A stretch of DNA of 63,522 nucleotides, filler included, from Hausera hauseri (taxonomy: Eukaryota): the NCBI GenBank assembly GCA_046269625.1. It is 11 parts of 11 records of this genome, joined end to end, with 100 filler letters (N's around TTAATTAATTAA, not from the genome) between each part and the next. Parts side by side here need not be neighbours in the genome. Positions count along the whole stretch, not along the records: positions 6,909 to 14,214 come from JBJURY010023453.1; positions 14,315 to 22,660 come from JBJURY010678773.1; positions 22,761 to 27,073 come from JBJURY010641441.1; 8 more parts are not named here. The stretch is one strand, 5' to 3'. This document shows positions 11,252-22,900 of this stretch, one piece after another. The position numbers and the translations under genes were made by a program. Each line of letters opens with the position of its first letter. Within the stretch, counting starts at the first letter, position 1. The notes under the pieces were generated by a model. It saw nothing but the letters and a program-made list of their open reading frames with translations, was not told the DNA's origin and ran no database searches.

Positions 11252-13755
11252 TTAGCTGATTGAAACCACTGTGTTCTGGTTTGAGGAATTGTCTGGATCT
11301 TGTATGGACTGATCTGCACCCTGTTCGGGCTTTTTGGTGCACCCCCGCAGAGGGCATGAGTGCAGAGTCTCTGTGACCTCCTGATTGGACATACGGGAGA
11401 GGGCGTCGGCATTTGCATTGCTTTGTCCTCTCCGGTACTGGACATCAAAGTCAAAAGCAGCCAAGTGGGAGACCCACCGTTGCCCTGTGGCATCTAACTT
11501 TGCAGAGCTCATGATGTACTTGAGGGGGTTATTGTCTGTCTGGACAGAGAACTTGCGCCCATAGACATGGTCATAGAATTTGTCTGTTACCGCCCACTTC
11601 AGGGCAAGGAACTCTAGCTTGTGGGCGGGATACCTTGCCTCTGCTGGACTCAACCCTCGGCTGGCGAAGGCTATGACTCTCTCTATGCCATTTTGAACCT
11701 GGACCAACACAGCACCTAGTCCTTCCCCTGATGCATCTGTCTGAAGCAGAAACGGTAGGTTGTAGTCTGGGTAACCCAACACTGGCGCAGTCGTAAGTCT
11801 GTGCTTTAAGGCCAGGAATGCCTCCTCACATTCCTCTGTCCATAAGAATGGTGGGTCGGATGCCTGGCCTTTTTTTCCCTTTCTTTTCTTCCTTCTTGGG
11901 TCACCACCTGTGAGTCGATATAAGGGAGCTGCTAGGACAGAGTACCCACTGACATACCGCCTGTAGTAGCCAGCAAACCCCAGAAATTGCAGCCTGGACC
12001 AGGCACCTCCCTGCCTGGTCCAGGCTTTTACTCTCTGAATCTCCTCTGGGTCAGTTCGAATTCCCTCAGCAGATACCAGGTGACCTAGGTACTGCACTTC
12101 TTTTCTCATCAGCTGGCATTTAGACGGCTTAAGTTTTATGCCGTGCTCCCGGAGCCGATCGAACACCAACTGCAGTCTGTTTAGATGCTCATCAAAGGTT
12201 TTAGAAAAGATGATAAGGTCATCCAGATATATCAGAAGGTGGGTGAAGTTCAGGTCTCCAAAGCAGCAAGTTATGAGCCTCTGGAAGGTTGATGGAGAAT
12301 TCTGTAACCCAAAGGCATTCGGTTGGCCTCTTACAGACCCATTGGTGTACTGAATGCTGTTTTGTGTTTGTCCTGCTCTGCAACCTCCACCTGCCAATAG
12401 CCTGAAGTGAGGTCAAGCGTAGAGAAAAACTTGGCCTGACCCAATGGTTCCAGAGCCTCATCTATTCTTGGCAGGGGAAATGCATCTCTTGTGCTGCAGG
12501 CGTTCAGCTTACGGTAATCAATACACAACCGTAGTGAGCCGTCTTTTTTTGTCACCACCACTACAGGTGAAGCATAAGGACTCTTACTGGGCCTTATTAC
12601 CCCTGCCACCTCCATCTCGATCAACATCTTCCGGACATCTTGCCACTGTGATGGGGGAATCTTGCGGTAGGGGAGCCTGAACGGCTTAGAGTCTACTGGT
12701 GGAATTTCATGTTGCACTGTCTTTGTGTGACCATAATCTAGAGGATGTTGGGAGAATACATCAAAATTCCTCTCTACCAGCTTTTGAAGAGTGGAGCGCT
12801 GGTCCTCGTCCTCCACTGCAGCTTTATTCAGGTCAACACAACAACTCGATATTACCTGAGTCAGACTCAGACATGTGTCTTTGGACCTGCTTTCATGGCT
12901 TTGGCCCTGCCTTTTGTCTGAGAAATCCACAACACCATCCACTAGGGACACATTGGCTAGGTGTGTGTGTGGCTTGATGATGACTGGATGTGGAGACAGG
13001 TTCATCACTCTGACAGGGGTGCATCCTCTTTTCACATTAGCAAGGACCTTGGCAACCAGAAGGTCTTGAGGAAGCTTCAGGGAGTGGTGGCCCTCAATCA
13101 GTGCTGTATAAGTCCTTCTCTTCGGGCCGGCAGTCACCTTGCACATTAGATCCATTTCTTTTCCCCCAGCGATGTGTATTTTGTGGCCTGTATACACAGC
13201 CGGACCCACTCTGTCTTCCACATTATAATGTCCTGTGTCACCCACCTCCAGGAGGGAGGTGTACCATTCTGGATGACTCTCTCTGATATGCTGGAGAAAT
13301 TGTTGGCCATATGTTGCTTGGAGATGGGTTCTGGAGGCACGGAGAACATTAGTTCCTATCAGCAGAGGGACAGACAGGCGATATTCTGAGTCCTCAACCA
13401 CAAAAGCTGGCACATTCTTAAACTCTTTCTCCAACACTTTCAAGTTAATGCGTAGGACACCATGGTGGGTTACACTCTGACCGGCTGCACCTTCTATAGG
13501 TATTAGAGAGGGCTGTAACTTCTGCTTTTGAAGGATAGGGTGGCTGCACCAGTAGCTGTGGGTAATACTGGTTACCTGAGAGCCGGAGTCAATGAGCGCT
13601 TTGCACTTCATTCCACTGATTTCCACCTCACCTTCATTTCTAGGGCCCACTAGTGGAGTGCCCTCTCCTCCATCAGTCATCTTTATGTCTTGTGGCTGGG
13701 GGTCTGACTGCTCGCCCATGGTTGCCCCGGTGACCACAGGCTCTACCCGTTTAAA
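11252..13755 (-). pseudogene. pol: Gypsy pol (protease-RT-RNase H), one frameshift near 12340, truncated before integrase; teleost-type
   Basis: ALIDSGSQV, SPYASPVV..RLCIDYRKLN, YLDDLII, TDAS, LEFLALKWAV, TDNNPL, NADALSR. Confidence 0.95.
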
Positions 13756-14214
13756 GGCTGAGCTGGGTGGGGGTTGTTCCCATTCACTTGACTGGGGTCT
13801 GGTAACACTGCTCTGCAGACTTTGGCTATGTGCCCTTGTTTACAGCATCTGAGGCATGTCACAGTTGAGATTTGGGCTCGGATTGGAGGCTCTGTGGGTG
13901 CCTGGACTTGTGGTGGTAGGACAGGCAATGGAGCAGCAACTCTTGATTCAAGATTGGTCAATTTGGTCATCTGCTCTGCTTGGCAAAGAGCTAACTTTTT
14001 AACCAGTTCTGTGAGCTCTGACAATTCTGATGCATGGGTGGTCTTCTCCACATTCACAGTTGGGCTGCTGCCTGATGCAGTCTGGATCTGGGTGTGAGCT
14101 CGCTTTGATTTGTGGAATGACTAGAACTTTTTAGTTTCTTTGGTCATGTCTCTGAGCCTACAGCTCTCGGAAGTTTAAGAGCCTGGGCTTAATGGAGTGA
14201 TTCTCATATATGCT
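13743..14214 (-). CDS. gag: Gypsy gag C-terminal part with CCHC zinc knuckle
   Basis: CLRCCKQGHIAKVC; overlaps start of pol frame. Confidence 0.85.
13749..13755 (-). promoter_or_regulatory. -1 ribosomal frameshift slippery site T TTA AAC (gag-pol)
   Basis: CCT TTA AAC GGG TAG at gag end, followed by a GC-rich potential stem-loop. Confidence 0.75.
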
Positions 14215-14314
14215 NNNNNNNNNNNNNNNNNNNNNNNNNNNNNNNNNNNNNNNNNNNNTTAATTAATTAANNNNNNNNNNNNNNNNNNNNNNNNNNNNNN
14301 NNNNNNNNNNNNNN

Positions 14315-16350
14315 TTGCATGTTGCCCCTCGATATACACCTGTAAAATGGCAGTGATTCTTGACTTTATAATTTTCCTTGGTGAAGGACTTTTTGCACAA
14401 GTAACATGTTGTTGACTTGCACCATTCATCTTCTTGTTTTCACGACATGCTCATATTATTCTTATGATTCTTACGCACGTTTTCAAGCTTATGAGCCATG
14501 TCTTCGAGTCTCTTCATGAAATGTGCTGCTGCACCTGGGCCTCTAAATAGAAATGGTTCACTGTGCATTCCTTTGGCATACATGCAATATGATGAGAGTT
14601 CATGATATTGGTGTGCCGTTGTGCTGCTATGTTGAGGACTGGGCGTGCATGTCTGAACTGACTTAAGAATGACTTCAAAGTCGCAATGGACGACAATTGG
14701 GACCTTCATCTTCTCGAAGTCCTTGAATTCAATGTAGTCCTCCCTGGGGAATTAACAGTAATTGTTGTTACATTACATTTTGTGCTCTTCAGATTCTCCA
14801 CAGCTAACTTGCCGCTGAAATGAGACAAGCATCGTATACATATTTCTATTTGTCCATGAAGATTTGTAATTTGGGATCCTACTAGACGTTTAAAATTCTT
14901 GATCCATACGTAATGTTTCTTTCTCCACCGTCTAGTAGGAGCAGATCCCTATTATCTTTCAATTCAGCATCACATATCTGCAGGGGATAGAATTTGTCAT
15001 CATCGTCCAATCCAATGATGTTGATGGATATATTGTTGATTCGACTGAACTTCTTGACTTCATCTATGGATGGTGGGAACTTAATGCATTGGAAGTCAAA
15101 GTTGTGCTGCAGATCATTATATAGCCAAATTAGATTTGCTGCATGTTTTTGATCCCGTACGAGTTTACATAAAATGGCACACATGAAACACTTGTTGTCA
15201 TCATTAAGGACATTGACACATGCTATTTTATTTGCGATCCAATTAGGGAGCTGAATATATGAACTACCCCGTATGGGAGAGTACTTGTGAACATACACAA
15301 GCAATCTCTTGATGGTTGTCAGAGTCCATCCACTCTTCTTATTCTGGCTGTCCTTATCTTCCTGGATCAGCTTCTCGTGTGCCTCTTGCATCCATTATGC
15401 TATATTGGTGTTTTCCCATATGGGTCTATTTCTGGTCTTGAAGGCCTTTTTGGACTCTTCGCCATTAACATTGACGTATGTGGCCTTAAGTTTCATATTC
15501 ACGTTAAGTTCCTTGAGCTCAGCTATGCTGTCCTGGAGAATCCCTATTGTTTCTCCCTCTGTGTACTCCATGAACTCCTTGATGGTTGTTAGACCCGCTG
15601 CATCAATGACATATTTGCGGACTTTTCTCTTTAATGCTGTAGCATTAAGAGGCCTCTGTTTTTGGCTTTTTGGTGGAGTCGTTGCGCCTGATGCATCTGA
15701 TGGGTCTGATAGGCCTGATGCGCCTGATGGGCCTGATGCTCGTTTTAGTCCTACATTTGGATGTACTGCTGCATGTGGCTGTGATACTGATGCTGCAGGC
15801 TGTGCTGCTGCAACTGACTTATGTTCACTAAAAATGATCTTCTTTGACTTTGATGAGAAGTCTGTAAATGATGCTCTTGATCTTCATAAAACTGTATGTA
15901 TTCTCCATCATAACAGTCTCACATCCTGGGCAGATATAATGGATGATCGTATTAAATTTGTATCCATAATAGCTCCTCATAGTATTGCGGCAATTATGAG
16001 GGTTGTGTATTGCACATGTGCAATACACATGTGAACTGCATCTTGGATTTTCCTTTCGCATGAAAGTCATTATTGGCATATTGGTACTGAATATTTATTT
16101 TTTTTGACTTGGTAAAGGAAATCAAGTACTGCAAATGGATATTGTTAAAGTCTTCATAATTGGTTTGGCTCACTACCTCACATGTAGGGCATATATAATA
16201 CTGAACCTTGTTGCATAGATGGCTAAAGTACTTTTTCATAATACTATGACAATTTTCAGGCTCATGGATTTGAGCCAAGCATTCTCTGTAAAGTTTGCAT
16301 ATCTAAGAATTAACCAATTATTTGAGGAGCACAATTAAAAATCTCGCCAT
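14315..16350 (-). pseudogene. Polinton/Maverick pPolB, N-terminal part (family A, copy 1)
   Basis: SGWTL..I..L.V..YSPIRGSSYIQLP..I..K.AC.NV.N.DNKCF; PIVVHCDFE; HQYHELSSYC; homologous to 46379-49702. Confidence 0.9.
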
Positions 16351-17783
16351 TCGTTGAAGTGATTTTGGAAATAATATATCAATATTACCATGTACTGCCC
16401 GCTTAACGATGGGTTTTAATGCACCAATTAAATGCAAGTGGGCGCCAAATTCCATTAGGAATTCATAAATGGGGAAACCAATGGCGCCATTAGATTCTTC
16501 GAATGATGTGTGCTTGATCGAATATTCGAGTTCGAATAGCTAAATATTCGACTTGAAAGCTCGAATTCAAATATCTAACATCATATTCCGATTGCCATAT
16601 ATGATTTCCTATTCAGCCCCGCTATTAGCCCCGCTTCACTGAGCTGTAAATGCACATTTTGCTTAATTCGAAATAATGATTTTATATCTATATAGTTCAT
16701 TTTCATGGAATAATTTTTATTCATCAGGTTTTCATATATGAGGAATCGATTGCCGTTGTTAAATTTTTCGAATAGTTCGAAATTCGATATTCAAGCTCGA
16801 TAACATTCGAATTTCGAATATCTGAATTAAGATTCGAGATCACCATACTCGATTTCCTATCTGTCCCCGCTAAATGTTGTATCGAATTTTGACTCCCGGG
16901 GAGTCTGCACCAGTTGCAGTTTGGATCGATATTATTCGAAAACTAATTGATAAATTTAAATTCTAACTGCACATTCATATACTGTACCACGTTTGTGTTC
17001 CAATGCATCCGGTCACATGTCATAATCATCAATACTGGAATTATGGGAAATCCAATATTATTGATTTTAGCACACTTGCACATGTGCTGTGCACCTGCAC
17101 AGTGCATGTCAACATGCATCTCAATGTGCTAAATCTAATTCCACTTAACCCAAATGGATTCCATCAATCCTACGCTGCAGTGACAAATATGTGAACTGAA
17201 AAGTGCCTTATCAACCGCATCCAACAGGACACTTGATTCGAGTATTTTACTGAACGATAGTACATCAAGTACTCTACCCGCCAGTATATGTGCCATATTG
17301 ATATTATTGATTTTCATTTTATAGCTGAAAGGCCTATGTGAAGTCTGTCCCAGTTGTCAATTATTCGAAAACCAATCAATATTTTTAAATTCTAACTGCA
17401 CATTCTCATAGTGCATCATATGTGCTTTTGATTTCACCGGGTGCGGGTGCTAATTATCAATATTGGAATTATCGGAAATCCGATATTATTGATTTTTGCA
17501 CACTTTTACATGAGCTGCACACTTGACTGTGCACCAAACGATGTGCACTAATGTGCACTATCTATTAGCACTTTGTACCAATCGATTCGATCAATTGTTT
17601 TAATGTGCAGCGATCGATTTTTTAAATGTTCAAAAATGTGCTAGCAACGGAGCCTAGCGGTACCGTTGCCTAGCACAGTACCGATCGATATTACAGTGTG
17701 CACTATCGATTGGCACATGTGCCAAATTAATTAATCGATTAACCCCTCCGGGGGTCGGACAGAATTTCCATTTTTCCCCTACT
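16350..17783 (-). mobile_element. Polinton family A terminal (TIR) region; terminus 5'-AGTAGGGGAAAAATG at 17783
   Basis: Homologous to 49700-51167 and 57020-57269; homology ends sharply at ...CTACT; internal ~430-bp tandem duplication. Confidence 0.85.
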
Positions 17784-19222
17784 AACAAATAATCCTTTCT
17801 AGATATATTTTCTCCATTGGTTCCTTTATACAATATACACAAATTGATCCTAGCAAAATCTAGGATATTATAAAAGACTTGCAGAGTCCGTTTTTGAAAT
17901 GACAATTTTACAGTACATTTTCGAAGCATTTGGTCGGTCATGTCAATACCGTACTTGGTGTTATTAATATATTCTATTGATTCGGGTAATTTTTTGTTAT
18001 TTTTTCAATATTGATGGAATTATGCTTGGAACTAAGAACTTTTAGTTGCTTTGTTTTTTGTATATTGTAATTGTACAATTACTTGATTTATACAACAGAC
18101 TTGAAAAACGAGGCAAATTATCTTTTCTTTGTTTTGAAATTTTCGGCAGTTCTTTTTTATTTCTCAAATATTTCCCACCAAAGTCGTTTTCTTCTCAAAT
18201 ATCTTTGGTGCCAAAAATTTACTGGTAAAAAATTGTCGGCGGCAAGATTTGTACTAAGACCAGTAAGTGGGTCAGTCAATTTCATTCCAACAAAATCAAC
18301 AAGAGGTATCAATGATAGCATTACTTTATCCTTGACTAAATAAGGGAATCCGTTTATGACATATTTTGTAGCTACATCCGATTTCAACCAAAATCTTATC
18401 CCAAATTTGTTTGGTTTATTGGGCATGTATTGCGTAAATCTGCATATAGTCTTTTTCGGAAATAATTTTTCATCGATGGCAATATCTTTTCCTCTATGAA
18501 ACAATTTTGGCTGTTTTCAATAAAATCGTCCCAAACTTTTGATATTAGAGCAAATTTATCATTTTGAAGTCGTTGACTCCGTTCAGTTCTTTTATCAAAA
18601 TGGATGAACCGTAAAATATTCGTAAAGTTGTTTCTACTCATGGTTTCTCTACAAAGGATATCTCCATTTTTAGACCATAGATATGACATCTTCAAATTCT
18701 TGGCTTCGTAGACACAAGTGCATATAGAATTGCTAAGAATGCGCAAAAGTCTTCTTTCGTGAATTTCCAATCTGTTCGCAAAACTCGCGAAGCCTCTAGT
18801 TCTGTACATAATCTGATATGCTCAATAATGTGATTATTGATTGATTAGCAAGAAAAAGGAGCTACTTTCTTTACCTTTCATTAATTATTTCTTTGCGTAG
18901 CCTGTGGGACCATTATTTTCGTTGAAAGTAAAAATATAATTTGGTCTTCCGGAATTCATTTTTCATTTATTTTTTTCCATACAGATCGATCAACACTGAC
19001 TTCATTTTGGTCGCCAATATTATAGGAATACGAAGGCAACCCTCTTATTCTTTTTCGTGAAGGCAAATTGAAAATATTTTCGTTTTCACTATCACTGCTT
19101 ATTAAGCTTTTGAACTCGACTAAATCAATATCTAAATCACTTTCTTTATCTACTTCTGAGCAATCCTCTCTTATATCATTTACAATTTTCAATAGTCTAC
19201 GTTTTTTTGAATGCCCTGCCAT
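17784..19222 (-). pseudogene. piggyBac (PGBD-type) transposase, decayed and interrupted by the Polinton end
   Basis: TMSRNNF..ILRFIHFD, IAIDE, QYMPNKPNKFGI, AADNF, GIDMTDQM (DDD triad). Confidence 0.92.
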
Positions 19223-19794
19223 TAATTCTTCAATATTTTATAACTATAAAAACACCAAAGTCACTTTGATATTTTCAACTTATTCAATAAAATGTACTAA
19301 CCGTCCAAGAGGTCACTTTGAATGAAAATAGGAAAATATATGTGTAGGATAATATAGATCTCGTTTATCCATTCAAATATTTCAGTCAGAGTGAGAGAAT
19401 GTTACCAGTTATATGTATAAATGTTATGCATCGCGTGAGGTGGAAATGATTTCTGCGCAGAATTTTACGGCAGTAAATCACTCTTCCTCGCTACCCTCTC
19501 GTCCAAAATCCGGTTTTGCACCACAATATCCATATAAGAAGTGGAAAAAACAAAAAGCGTGTTGCTAAATGCAATAAAATTATGGAATAAAAGAAAGTAA
19601 GCGAATATATGAAAATGTGCAGGAAGATAAGTAGTAGGAAGTGAGCGCATGAGATCAAGACCCCCGGATGGAAGAGAAATTGATGTTGTTCGCGGATGAA
19701 TTATGTGTGAGTAAAACTGAATCACACTATGCACGATTAATAGAGCGGAGATAGGAGACATACAGTTATGAAAGTGATACACACAAGCAGGCGT

Positions 19795-19820
19795 ACTGTA
19801 CGGATTCGGAAGGGTTTTAA
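19795..19820 (-). repeat. Possible piggyBac left end
   Basis: Minus strand TTAA(AA)CCCTTCCG, close to the TTAA-CCCT consensus but with 2 extra bases. Confidence 0.4.
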
Positions 19821-20542
19821 GAATTTAAATTTCGCACCAAAATTTTTTTTAAATTTTGATTTATTGCCCCCTATATTTTTTGCCTTAATATTGGTGTAAA
19901 AATATAAATACGATGCGAAAATGTCATTTATTAAAATATCATTTACGAAAAGATCACTTATGAAAATGTCTCACACAACTATTTCACAAAGCTTGGCTAA
20001 TTCCAAATTGCGAATGACGGCTTTTTCTGCGGTGATTACCTGAAACATGAAGAAATTCATCTATGATTGAATGAAGTGCGAACTTGTTTTCAACAAAGGA
20101 TGATATTGCATATGTCGCACCAGATATGCTGTTGGAGGTTATACGAAATAGACTGATTAATATTACTCATATGATAGATAAAATAATCAAAATGGTAGAA
20201 GAATTGGACAACAGTCAAAAGAAACTAAGCAATTTAATTAATGACTTTATTAAATATGGACATTGATTTACTTATTTTGTACAACTGTAATAAATTTTGG
20301 TATTCTTGTTGTTTTTGTTTCTATAATGTGATAAAAATTATCAAAGTATCTAAGTAGAAAATTATAAAGGTTAGAACACGTTACTAAATTAATGTTACTT
20401 AGTATTAACTCTACTGAAATTAAACGCATTTATTGTAACTAAATACCTAACTAACAAAACAAATAAGACAGATTAGAAAAACTTTTATTAATGTAAAAAA
20501 ATTAATCAAAACAAATGTACAACAAAATCGAACAATCAAAAA

Positions 20543-21699
20543 TCAAAGAAAATACTGTCCAAATGCGACACTTTTATTTTTCTGTATCCAGGGTCTTTTG
20601 TCATCAAGTGAGTTCAACGTCTTCTTTTTCGTGCTGATTGTCATTAACTGGTGATATTTTGTCCCAATTCTCTCCTGGTCAACTATTGTTCCACATGCAT
20701 TTTGATACGTCTGTAGATAGTTGCTGAAGGGTAAATCTATCTTTTTGAGGTTGATGCCCTTACATTTCATGACTGGTTTATTTGAGTTTTCAGTGCATAA
20801 GATTTTGGTCGCAAGAAAACGTCTTCTTGATACTCGACACAGCCCTTACTTTCATCCTTAAATTTGCCCATTACCGATGAAAAACGAGTGGAGTAAAGAG
20901 GTCAGTAGTATAGTAATTAGACGCATCAAACTCTTCATTGTCTATCATTGCTGGTAAAAGTTGTGATCTTAGATCAACTCCACGACACGCAAGGGAAAAG
21001 CTGTTCATATCACCAGCAATAATATTTAGCTCACAATTAAACTGGTGCCTATACGTCTCCAATTCGACATTATTTAACTCCGACATTTGCAACTTAGAAA
21101 GATCAAGTACGGCCTGACCGATGTATAAGGGTATATCTAAAGTAACCATGACTATATTGAGGAGAACAGCAAACCGATCATCAGCTATAATAATACCTTC
21201 TTTAAACTGTGCTTTGCTGGCATATGTAATAAGCTTTTTGCATTATTACACGGTCTTAAGTTGGACCTTTTCAGCAGATTTTTAACAGTTTTTCCATACA
21301 ATCTGTTATTTTTCAGCTTAAAGAAGTCTTTTTCAAAAGGATTTTTTTCTGCAGCCCTTTTAGAAGTATTTAAATCAATATAATCCTTAAGGATATATCC
21401 TTGATCAAACTCACCAACCTGATGAACCTTTTCAATTACATCACCTAACTTGATATAAAACTGTAAAAACCGATAGTAAATAACGTAGTTGGACTTACGC
21501 TCATGTGTCAGCAACAATTTCTTAACTCTCGATCCAGAAGTACATTAATTGATTGGAGCTAAAGGCAGTTGATCCAACTTATCATGTTTGTCAGATGGAA
21601 TGTTTAAATCACCTACAAAGACTAAACCTCGTTTTTCCCTAACAGTGCCAATATGAGACAATTGTTCAATCAGACCAATTAATTTATCCTTATCATAAA
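20543..21699 (-). pseudogene. Polinton pPolB C-terminal polymerase domain (second family)
   Basis: YIDLNTSKRA..FEKDFFKLKNN.LYGKT..N, PLYIGQAVLDLSK, KCKGI, LNSLDDKR. Confidence 0.9.
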
Positions 21700-21973
21700 T
21701 GTGGTGCCCACATGGTTTGTCCCCTTGCCGGACGAGATCGAGGGTTTGTTGTTCCCTGGGCGACGCGCAAGTCCGGGACCGAATGCCTGCCTCTTTCCCG
21801 GGTTATGTTTGGCGATTGTGGGTGGTGAAAAGTGCTATATGAAGAACAAGTAGGATCTCATACTTCTGAACAGCAGTGGTTCCTCTGGCAGAACTCGTTC
21901 TAATCACGCATAAAACCGACACTATTCATGTCTATTCTTTTGCGTTTTGGACAAGAAAGTCGCAGGCAACACA
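21700..21973 (+). mobile_element. 5' LTR of an LTR retrotransposon inserted into pPolB, followed by PBS
   Basis: Starts TGTGGTGCC, ends GGCAACACA (8/9 inverted match); TGGCAGTCGGTG at 21976 after a 2-nt spacer; start resembles the LTR at 53471. Confidence 0.7.
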
Positions 21974-22203
21974 CGTGGCAGTCGGTGTGCATGCATCTTG
22001 GGCGTTTGTTGTATATGTGCATACATACATGTACTATACTTTTTTGTTGTTCGTTTTTTTTATTGGAACTAATTTTGTTTTACTGTGCGAAGAGTTTTGA
22101 AATTTTGTTGGACGAAAATAAATCTTTTAGTGCCGCAATTCAAACTGGAGTTTTCTTTTTGTGAAACTGCAAATTCTTTTTATCTAGCATTGAGACAATT
22201 AAT

Positions 22204-22548
22204 ATGTCATCAAACGCAGAACTGCTTGATCCGAAGAGCTTATTTGATGGGAATAATTTTTCTGAATGGGCAAAGCAATCTTTTGCTAATTCCGATTTTT
22301 CAAGTAATTTGGATAAATTTATTTCTACCAACTATGGAGATAGTTTGAACGGAATCCACGACGAGGATTTTGAAAGAAAACTAAATAAGATATGCGATGA
22401 AATTATTCAAAAGTATGATATTGATAATAGTGGTTTCTATCAATTCCATATTGAGTTAAATGCTTTGGACATGAATATTAAAAAGTTACATTCCCTTGAA
22501 GAATCTTCGAATAAAACAAGTAATTTGGCTCAGTACTTGGTGTACTAG
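22204..22548 (+). CDS. Hypothetical first ORF (gag-position) of the LTR element starting at 21700
   Basis: First substantial ORF after LTR and PBS; no motif recognised. Confidence 0.35.
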   Translation: MSSNAELLDPKSLFDGNNFSEWAKQSFANSDFSSNLDKFISTNYGDSLNGIHDEDFERKLNKICDEIIQKYDIDNSGFYQFHIELNALDMNIKKLHSLEESSNKTSNLAQYLVY

Positions 22549-22900
22549 ATGGTAAAGGTGTTAGAGCAAATGAAGAAATTTCAGAAGAAATAGTAATTTC
22601 TACAGAAGACGATTATGTGCAAATTGTATCGTTGACATCAAAATTACTAAAGCAAGATCCNNNNNNNNNNNNNNNNNNNNNNNNNNNNNNNNNNNNNNNN
22701 NNNNTTAATTAATTAANNNNNNNNNNNNNNNNNNNNNNNNNNNNNNNNNNNNNNNNNNNNTATTACTGTTCTTGGTATTATTTTACCTCCATTTATACTG
22801 GTTATCAATGCCTCTTTTGGAGCGGATGGATAAAACATCAGCTTCATATGTTTTGGGTCATAATTGTCTGTCACTTGAACAATGTATATCTATATATTCA

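Noticed and set aside
15309-16034. 241-aa + strand ORF (also 46383-46955, 48846-49232 and 8130-9916 antisense ORFs)
   Set aside because: Antisense shadows of pPolB or Helitron coding sequence
16900-17600. CRISPR-like array
   Set aside because: Long diverged tandem units in a eukaryotic TIR; no constant repeat with unique spacers and no cas genes
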